DNA of 32,000 nt from Bellilinea caldifistulae (lineage in GTDB: Bacteria; Chloroflexota; Anaerolineae; Anaerolineales; Anaerolineaceae): positions 243,516 to 275,515 of the forward strand of contig NZ_LGHJ01000017.1 in the NCBI RefSeq assembly GCF_001306055.1, written 5' to 3'. Positions 25,998-32,000 of the stretch are shown here, in pieces. A program made the position numbers and the translations under genes. The notes under the pieces are model-generated. The model saw only the letters and a program-made list of their open reading frames with translations. It did no database searches and was not told where the DNA came from. Position 1 is the first letter of the stretch. Every line of letters begins with the position of its first letter.

Positions 25998-26351
25998 ATG
26001 TCACAACTGATGGATTTGCTGCGCGGACCTGCTTTAGGCGTGATTGTCATGATCATCCTGATGGCAGGCGTTCTCATCATCACTGCATTTGCGGCGCTGA
26101 TTGCCCAGATGAGTCTCTTGTTCCGGCTTCGACCTTGGAATACTTCCGAAAAGAGAAGTGAAAAAGGGAATGAAGGTTACCCACAAGAAACATTTGAGCA
26201 ACGTTCCGCAACTCGTGAAGGCCAGCGAGCATCATCTCCCCATCGCCAGAGTTCACCATCGGAACATCCCCGCAGGGGACAGGTGGTGGTTGTCGAACCA
26301 AATACGAATGAGGTGGTTGATGCAATCTGGTGGGAAACAGTGAAGCAATAG
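25998..26351 (+). CDS. Single-TM protein with a disordered basic/Ser-Pro-rich tail
   Basis: GGAGG precedes ATG 25998 (the track start is TTG 25986). The TM helix is ALGVIVMIILMAGVLIITAFAALIA. A low-complexity stretch follows (EKRSEKGNEG...SSPHRQSSPSEHPRRG). Confidence 0.65.
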   Translation: MSQLMDLLRGPALGVIVMIILMAGVLIITAFAALIAQMSLLFRLRPWNTSEKRSEKGNEGYPQETFEQRSATREGQRASSPHRQSSPSEHPRRGQVVVVEPNTNEVVDAIWWETVKQ

Positions 26352-26389
26352 CAATCCAGGGCTTCTCTTGCGCAAGTAAGAGCAGCCTC

Positions 26390-27697
26390 ATGAATTTACC
26401 AGCTGGTCAAGTTGGCGAATTGATGAGGCAGAACGCCAAGTACGGAGAAAAGAGAACGATGATTATTGGAAAACTGACCGAAAAAATACCCTGGCTGAGA
26501 ACGAAGGACTCTCTATCCATTCCAAATGACCTGGAAGTGGAAGGCACAGAGCTACATTTCAACGACCGAAATGAGCTGGACTATCTGGTCTTTCGTGTCA
26601 AAGAGCGGGAAGGCCCGCGGGAATATCAGGGATACCGGGCGGTCCGGCTGCTGCAATTACGCTACATCTCTCTGGAAGCTCGCCGGGATGCCGGGCTGCT
26701 ACAAAAGATGCTTACGGTCTCGCGTGGTTTGTATGGCGCTCAAGTGGATCTGGTTTATCTGGCTGCCGGCGTTTTTAAGAACCCCAATGTTGGAATTGTT
26801 CAATGCTATGGAGTCGCTGCGTTTTCGCCAAAGAAAGATGAAGCTATCCAGCGTTCTTTACGTGATCTGTCTGCCTTACGAGCCGGATTGGTGGGTGCTT
26901 ACCGTCAAATCCGCCTTGAACCACTTTCAACTGAAGTGGCTCAATGGTTAGCGCGTGCTCTGGAGCAGATGCCTTATGCCATTGTGGCTGTCGGGCATCC
27001 AGATCCACGTGAAAACGCCCACGGGGGTGATTCTTCGATGCGTGACCCATTAGTGTCTGGAAGTCAGGGTGCACAACAATATTCCATTCAACAGAGTGAA
27101 CTGCTCTTTCGCGGTATGAGCAGCCTGAAAGAAGAATTCTTGTTGATGCTGCTCACAAATCATGTTCGTCTTGAAGATATTACTCGAATGTTGGCCGGTA
27201 TGTTGGAAGACACCTCCGTTTACGCTTCCCGTCAGTTGGGAACCCGGGCTGTTTCGTTTGGAATCAGCCCGCCGGCCATTTTGACTGGGGGACTTGCTGA
27301 AAACGCATCCAGGTCTTATGGCACAAACCATTCGAGCGGCGTCACCCAGGGTGAAGCTGCCACAGATGGCGTCGCAAATTCAGAAGGCCAGGCGCACACC
27401 ACGGGTCATGCCAGCACTCGCGGTTGGGCGCACACGGTTGGAATCTCCGAAACCGATACGATTGGTTTATCTTCCACGGTTGGAACTGCAGTCAGTCAAG
27501 GGACAGCTCATACCGAAGGAACAGCAGTAACCGATGGAACGTCCCACTCAGATTCGTCCGGTGTAGCGAACTCCCATACGGATAGCTCTTCCTATGGCGT
27601 GAATGGCGGTGTGAGTGGGAGCATTGCTCCGGCCGGCGTAGGTTTATCGGCTAACGTGTTAGCATATGGCAACCGGCCAGCCGGGGCACCCTGCTGA
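26390..27697 (+). CDS. Large soluble protein with a C-terminal Gly/Ala/Ser/Thr/His periodic repeat, unknown family
   Basis: The start is ATG 26390 or GTG 26330 (unresolved). There is no Walker or other catalytic motif. Repeats occupy about 27320-27649. The stop at 27695-27697 lies in the GC-rich sequence that may already belong to the IS110 element, so the C-terminus may be non-native. Confidence 0.7.
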   Translation: MNLPAGQVGELMRQNAKYGEKRTMIIGKLTEKIPWLRTKDSLSIPNDLEVEGTELHFNDRNELDYLVFRVKEREGPREYQGYRAVRLLQLRYISLEARRDAGLLQKMLTVSRGLYGAQVDLVYLAAGVFKNPNVGIVQCYGVAAFSPKKDEAIQRSLRDLSALRAGLVGAYRQIRLEPLSTEVAQWLARALEQMPYAIVAVGHPDPRENAHGGDSSMRDPLVSGSQGAQQYSIQQSELLFRGMSSLKEEFLLMLLTNHVRLEDITRMLAGMLEDTSVYASRQLGTRAVSFGISPPAILTGGLAENASRSYGTNHSSGVTQGEAATDGVANSEGQAHTTGHASTRGWAHTVGISETDTIGLSSTVGTAVSQGTAHTEGTAVTDGTSHSDSSGVANSHTDSSSYGVNGGVSGSIAPAGVGLSANVLAYGNRPAGAPC

Positions 27698-27712
27698 GTG
27701 CGGGGCGCCTTT

Positions 27713-27991
27713 CGCATTCCAGGTTTTAGGGGTAGTACCCCTGGTGGTTGAGTGAACGGGGACGCTGCCCCCGGGTGCGTGGCGTTTGGGCAGGCCGTCT
27801 TCGCGTATGGGAAGTCCTTGGACATGCCCGCTCTCGCGTTTGGCCGCCCGTTCGATTCCGCTCACCTGAGATCGGTCAGGCTACCACCCTGATCCAAGCT
27901 CGAAACTGTGTGTGATGCCATGCCCAATCTGGAACGCGCCCGGACCGGCTGGCCGGTGCTTGCCAGCACACATCCAAAGGAGGCTGGACAT
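27713..27991 (+). ncRNA. Candidate bridge (seek) RNA region in the IS110 left arm
   Basis: This is a long structured non-coding arm upstream of the recombinase. GC hairpins are GGGG-tagta-CCCC (27729-27741) and GGGG-acgctg-CCCC (27758-27771). The assignment rests on known IS110 biology. The RNA ends are not determined. Confidence 0.35.
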
Positions 27992-29221
27992 ATGCTGCCA
28001 TCTGATTCTACACCAAAGCGCAGCGAAGCTGCGCACCGTTTCGTGGGACTGGACGTCCACAAGCACTACCTGGTGGCCATCGGCATCGACCGCCAGGGGA
28101 CCCAGGTCTTTGGACCTCACCACGTGCCCATCCCCAGGCTGGAAGAGTGGATCGCCAAGCACCTCACCCGTCAGGACGCGGTGGTACTGGAGATGACTAC
28201 CAACACCTGGAAGATGCACGACCTCTTGGCTCCGCACGTGTTTTCGGTGACAGTGGTGCATCCGCCGCACGTGGCGCTGATTGTGCGCGCCCAGGTCAAG
28301 ACGGACAAGAAGGCTGCCCTCACCCTGGCGCAGCTCCACGCTGCCGGACTCTTGCCGGGTGTCTGGGTGCCGCCTCAGGAGGTGCGTGAGCTGCGGGCGC
28401 TGGTTGCCCAACGCCACAAGATGGTGCGCCTGGGAGCGACCACCAAGAACCGCCTGCACGCCCTGCTGCATGCCAGGCACATCCAACCCCCAGAAGGTAC
28501 AAAACTGTTCGATCCCGAGACGCGCTCCTGGTGGGAGAACTTGCCACTCTCAGCGCTGGAGCTGTACCGCCTGCAATCCGACCTGGACGCGCTGGACTTC
28601 GCCAAAGAGCAGGTAAAACGCCTGGAGCGCTGCCTGGCCGAGTTCGCCGCCAGAGACCCGCGCATGCCGCTGTTGGTGCAGTTGCCGGGCATCGGCCTGA
28701 TCAACGGCGTGACCATCCTGGCCGCCATCGGTGACATCACTCGCTTTCCGGATGCCAAAAGCCTGGTGGGTTATGCCGGGCTGGGCGCACGGGTTCACCT
28801 GAGCGGAAATCTGCACGTCACCGGGCGCATCACCAAAGCTGGAAGGCGTGACCTGCGCCGGTCGATGGTGGAAGCCGCCCATCACGCGGTCGAGTGCAGT
28901 CCGCATTGGAAGGCCGAGTTCGAGCGGTTGGAGAAACGCAAGGGGCGCTCCAAGTCGGTGGTGGCGGTGGCCAGGATGCTGCTGGTTGCCCTGTGGCACA
29001 TCCTCACTAAGGCAGAAGCCGACCGGCACGCCGCACCGCAGCAGGTGGCGACTTCGCTCTTTACCCTGGCGCACCGGGTGCGGGTGCAGAACTTGCCGGA
29101 TGGGCAAACTGCCTTGCAGTTCACCCGCAACCAGCTCGATCGCCTGGTCATTGGGCAAGAGGTGACCCACATCCCGTGGGGCTCGAAGCGCTTCAAGCTG
29201 CCGCCGAGTAAGTTGAAGTAG
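27992..29221 (+). CDS. IS110-family transposase/recombinase (DEDD RuvC-like N-domain plus Tnp domain)
   Basis: AAGGAGG is followed by 8 nt and ATG 27992. Family strings are FVGLDVHKHY, VVLEMTTNTW, VKTDKKAAL, LVQLPGIGLINGVTILAAIGDITRF and GRITKAGRRDLR. Confidence 0.9.
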   Translation: MLPSDSTPKRSEAAHRFVGLDVHKHYLVAIGIDRQGTQVFGPHHVPIPRLEEWIAKHLTRQDAVVLEMTTNTWKMHDLLAPHVFSVTVVHPPHVALIVRAQVKTDKKAALTLAQLHAAGLLPGVWVPPQEVRELRALVAQRHKMVRLGATTKNRLHALLHARHIQPPEGTKLFDPETRSWWENLPLSALELYRLQSDLDALDFAKEQVKRLERCLAEFAARDPRMPLLVQLPGIGLINGVTILAAIGDITRFPDAKSLVGYAGLGARVHLSGNLHVTGRITKAGRRDLRRSMVEAAHHAVECSPHWKAEFERLEKRKGRSKSVVAVARMLLVALWHILTKAEADRHAAPQQVATSLFTLAHRVRVQNLPDGQTALQFTRNQLDRLVIGQEVTHIPWGSKRFKLPPSKLK

Positions 29222-29480
29222 CGCGCCTGGGTGACAAACGAAACTCGCTTGCGCGTTTCGCCCTCTCGCGAAGCGTTAGGTTCACGCGCGCCTTTTTATG
29301 AAATTGTTAAAGTTCCGATCGAGATTGAGTTTATCGCTTTCTGATCCATTGCCAGGGCAAGAAGAAAACGCAAAATATTAGCTATTCTTGTTGGCTGGGA
29401 GCTGGTATAATCCAGACAACCCCCAGAGAGCGGAACAGGCCCATTCCGATGGCTTGTTTCGTTTTCATTTAGGGAATGGC

Positions 29481-30107
29481 CTATTTGTCATGTTCGAATT
29501 TGTCCAGGTAGACGTCTATCTCCACTTCAACTAAAGGAATTAGTTGTACATTGGTGACTTTGGATTTTTTTAGGAGATTGCGCACTTTCTGGGTGACGAC
29601 AATTCCATGATTGCGAATCAGGAAAATATCACTGCCGTCCCAATCGGCTTCGTCGAAATATAAACCTCTATATACCTGAAAGGGTTCGCCCCCTGGCACA
29701 GCCTGACGGGTAAGAATCTGGCTGCGGCTGCGATCTCTCTGACATTCGCTGCCCGTCACGGCAAAACCATGATAGCCGGGCAGCGGCTCGCCTTTCCGTC
29801 CGTGTACCTCTACCGGATATGTCGCCCAGCCGGTGATGTTATTCATTCGCAAGAGTTCTACTACTCGCTCTGATATGCAGACCAGCGGTATTAGACCCGA
29901 CCAGAGAAAATCGGTGACCTGCCCACCCCGATAAGCGCCCAATCTCAAGGGAGTATCCAGTTTCAACCTCCCGCGAAACAGTTCTATCGCCTGCCCTTTG
30001 GTAAGCCAGTCACTATAGCCTTCGTCACTCAACCGGAAAGGCCTTGACGCCAGTGGATCGTCCAGACGATATAATTTGTTGTAATCAAGGATTGCCAAAG
30101 TGGACAT
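29481..30107 (-). CDS. Immunity-like protein cognate to the AHH toxin cassette
   Basis: It lies immediately downstream of, and overlaps, the toxin 3' end. AAGGAG is followed by a 10-nt spacer and ATG 30107 (alternative ATGs at 30116 and 30140). The family was not assigned. The role is inferred from position. Confidence 0.6.
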   Translation of the reverse strand: MSTLAILDYNKLYRLDDPLASRPFRLSDEGYSDWLTKGQAIELFRGRLKLDTPLRLGAYRGGQVTDFLWSGLIPLVCISERVVELLRMNNITGWATYPVEVHGRKGEPLPGYHGFAVTGSECQRDRSRSQILTRQAVPGGEPFQVYRGLYFDEADWDGSDIFLIRNHGIVVTQKVRNLLKKSKVTNVQLIPLVEVEIDVYLDKFEHDK

Positions 30108-31101
30108 CGAATCCATACTCCTTAGACAACCGTCTGGCAAAGTTCAGGATTTCTTCTTTTGTGCGTTCCGACTTAAAGAATTCTTTCCACTTCGCATTGT
30201 AAGCATAACTCCATCCTCGATGGGCCGTCGCATCCACCCAACTGCCAAACACAGGATCATAGATATTGATGCCTGCTTTTACAAAATCCTGGGCAAACTC
30301 CTGTGGCAAGACGTGGTGGGCTTCCATCCCCACAATATCATCCAGCCCTTTTCCTGTCAACCGCTACAAGTTCTCGCGGAAGTTCCAGCTGGCGAAGGAC
30401 TTGAAAGCCTGTTCACCCGCTTCCTCGCCTGCCTCTTTGCCCAGCGTGACCAGCCCCCTCCGGGCAAGATCGTCCAACGGAAGCGAGACGGGCAGCAAAT
30501 CATCCGGTTCGGCGGCTTCAAATCCTGCAGTCAGCGCCAGGTTTACAGCAGCAGCATCTTTGGCTTCCTGGGAAGCATTCGGATCCGCCAATACCCGCCC
30601 TGATTGCCAGGCGTCATACGCCGTCCAGCCATAATCGATAACTTTCAGCGCTACAATCGCAATGGCAATAATCGCAGGAATTGGTATATGGCCATCTGGG
30701 TCAATATACTTGACAGGGTTGCCATAACTGTAGGCATACCGATCCCACGCCAGCGGGTTGCCTGCCCCCGGCACGATACTATCCGGCTGGATGAAGCGTC
30801 CCAGCAGGGGGTCGTAGAAACGGGTGCGGTAGTCATACAGGCTCAAGGCGGCTTCCTCGCGTTGGGCGGTGAATTTGTAGCGCACGGAATACTCACCTGT
30901 AGTATAGCGCAATTCGCCCCAAGGTTTGTAGAGATAGCGAGAGCGGATTGTGCCGCCGATGTCGGTGACTACGCTGGTCGAACCCAGATGATCACCGAAC
31001 AGGAAATAGACACTGCTGGTTGTGGCAGTGTATTCCCTCACAGCAATCCGCTGGCTGCCGATGAATATGTAGTTGCGCCAGGTCTGCCAGGCTGAGGGCA
31101 T
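30085..31101 (-). pseudogene. Orphan Rhs core-end plus C-terminal AHH (HNH/EndoVII-superfamily) nuclease toxin, split by in-frame TAG
   Basis: The Rhs core end reads FGDHLGS..YKPWGE..YDYRTRFYDPLLGRFIQPDS..YSYGNPVKYIDPDGH. The linker then runs into TAG (30366-30364): ..WNFRENL*RLTGKGLDDIVGMEAHHVLPQEF. This second part is in the same frame and carries the AHH motif. The large N-terminal Rhs repeat region is absent. Confidence 0.8.
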
Positions 31102-31327
31102 CTAACCCCAGTGCAGCCCAGTCTCCCCAGCCAACGGCACAGCCGCGCCTGGCCTTATCGGCAATCATGTAAAGGTCAAAGCCCAACATGGCTACATCGA
31201 AGAGCGTCTCGATGAACTCCCCGCTGGAGTCGTACCAAAAACCATCATGAAATAGGACTATGGGGAGGTTTTGTATAAATTTATAAAGGTGCTTGGATTA
31301 TTTTAAGTGAGAAAGTAATTGAGAAAG

Positions 31328-31822
31328 TTATGACTTGAAATTTCGGGGAGTAAACCTGTTGTAAAGGATCAGGTCTTTATAAGGGAAAGGATATTCGCCG
31401 GTTTCAATGCGATGCATCACATCATAAGGACTCCAAACCATCAGGTATTCTTTGGTTTTGTATTCATCGGGTAAGATAGGACCAAGGCGTATGGATTTCT
31501 CTCCGTCCCAGTAATACCAGATGGTGGCTTCACCAGTTTTTTGATTATATAAGGTAGATACAAACCCCGGATATTGAAGATTCTCAACCCTTCTTGATCC
31601 AATGATGGTCCAAAGTCCTGTCCTTACTGCGGCAAATAGTCCCGTAATTACTGGAGGAAATAATTCACCGGAATTTACAATTAAGTCCAGATCTGGCTTC
31701 TCAATTCCAATGTGTTTGAATACTTTAATGATAGGCCCCATTCTATCTCTAATGATGTGTTGAGCGTATGCTTTTCTTTGATTGGATAAAGAAATTTCAA
31801 CAATATTACCAATACGGATCAT
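31328..31822 (-). CDS. Immunity-like protein (pattern resembles Imm26-type), probably cognate to a toxin upstream beyond or at the window edge
   Basis: GAGGAACGAG precedes ATG 31822 (the track start is TTG 31846). The pattern IGNIVEISLSNQRKAYAQHIIRD..GPIIKVF...LFPPVITGL...GLWTIIG is typical of small polymorphic-toxin immunity proteins. The family call is tentative. Confidence 0.55.
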   Translation of the reverse strand: MIRIGNIVEISLSNQRKAYAQHIIRDRMGPIIKVFKHIGIEKPDLDLIVNSGELFPPVITGLFAAVRTGLWTIIGSRRVENLQYPGFVSTLYNQKTGEATIWYYWDGEKSIRLGPILPDEYKTKEYLMVWSPYDVMHRIETGEYPFPYKDLILYNRFTPRNFKS

Positions 31823-32000
31823 GACTCGTTCCTCATTTGTGCCCAATGATTCTTAGAATCTCCAACCCACGCGGATTACGCAACCTTTTTTCTGTAAATT
31901 CGAGTCAGAAATATCCATCGTTCTTTAACAATCAAATGACTTGCCAGAGCAATAATGTTTGCCGATCTGCCACTCTTCTGAGATCTCCATCAAGAGGGCT

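Larger units (their letters stand above)
27705..29295 (+). mobile_element. IS110-family insertion sequence (outer limits; ends approximate)
   Basis: An abrupt GC-rich island holds one DEDD-type transposase. It has a roughly 280-nt 5' non-coding arm and a roughly 70-nt 3' arm. No terminal inverted repeats are present, as is typical for IS110. The 8-mer GCGCCTTT occurs at both inferred edges (27705-27712 and 29288-29295). Confidence 0.7.

Noticed and set aside
23166-27697. Gram-positive-type conjugative T4SS module (a VirB8-like TM plus NTF2-like protein, a VirB6-like polytopic protein)
   Set aside because: There is no VirB4/VirD4-type ATPase (no Walker A anywhere in the six products). There is also no relaxase and no cell-wall hydrolase. 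The resemblance is only topological.
29382-29468. 28-aa minus-strand ORF (MKTKQAIGMGLFRSLGVVWIIPAPSQQE) downstream of the immunity gene. Short plus-strand ORFs at 29297-29345 were also considered as a possible continuation of the gene next to the IS110 element
   Set aside because: They are too short and featureless to support. Without the exact IS ends or a homolog of the interrupted gene, the continuation cannot be tested by eye.
6320-31101. Genome-wide stop-codon reassignment as the explanation for the in-frame TGA, TAA and TAG codons
   Set aside because: All three stop codons also terminate well-defined neighbouring genes at the expected positions. Examples are TAG at 1680-1682, 2736-2738 and 5555-5557, TAA at 4102-4104 and 11006-11008, and TGA at 2288-2290 and 6316-6318.
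31925-31999. Partial minus-strand ORF at the window edge (..EISEEWQIGKHYCSGKSFDC*) as the 3' end of the toxin cognate to 31328..31822
   Set aside because: Only 24 codons are visible, about 100 nt from the immunity start, and all three frames contain stops nearby. It cannot be evaluated within this window.
1-32000. CRISPR arrays, tRNA/rRNA genes and integrase/att sites
   Set aside because: No regularly spaced direct repeats with unique spacers were seen. No cloverleaf-like segments appear in the intergenic regions inspected (2739-2915, 4615-4828, 6841-6956, 7935-8353, 21892-22153, 22848-23165, 25846-25997, 29222-29480 and 31102-31327). No tyrosine or serine recombinase motifs occur in any ORF.

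Overview
This is a 32-kb mosaic accessory region of a bacterial replicon. The lineage cannot be fixed from the window alone. I see four blocks. (i) 1-6.8 kb is a visibly GC-rich phage/plasmid-like module. It holds an array of palindromic GGAACGTTCC boxes, a small wHTH protein, and a replication-initiator-like gene with an AT-rich iteron/palindrome block inside its own ORF. It also holds a GxxExxY nuclease-fold protein, an orphan C5 cytosine methyltransferase, and an RHH-PIN (VapBC-like) pair followed by a decayed membrane-protein gene. (ii) 6.9-11 kb holds a frameshifted IS982-family element and a MalT/LAL-type LuxR regulator broken by one in-frame TAA. (iii) 11.1-21.9 kb holds fifteen co-directional, tightly packed genes: a Tat-signal flavodoxin with an in-frame TAG, membrane proteins, an AhpD/CMD-like protein, an ABC ATPase plus permease, a class-III aminotransferase, a nucleotidyltransferase, an alpha/beta hydrolase, a nucleoside phosphorylase, a CPBP protease and a P-loop kinase-like protein. 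(iv) 22.1-32 kb holds an RHH plus membrane-protein operon, divergent from a six-gene operon of membrane/secreted proteins that I cannot assign to any family. It also holds an IS110-family element with a long 5' non-coding arm, and the tail of a minus-strand Rhs polymorphic-toxin locus (an orphan Rhs-CT/AHH cassette with an in-frame TAG, plus two immunity-like genes). The most interesting items are the unassignable envelope operon at 23.2-27.7 kb and the recurrent RHH-linked membrane protein (one intact copy, one decayed). The origin-inside-gene structure and the unusual density of single-lesion gene disruptions also stand out. I saw no rRNA, tRNA or CRISPR array. All family calls come from motifs read by eye, not from database searches.
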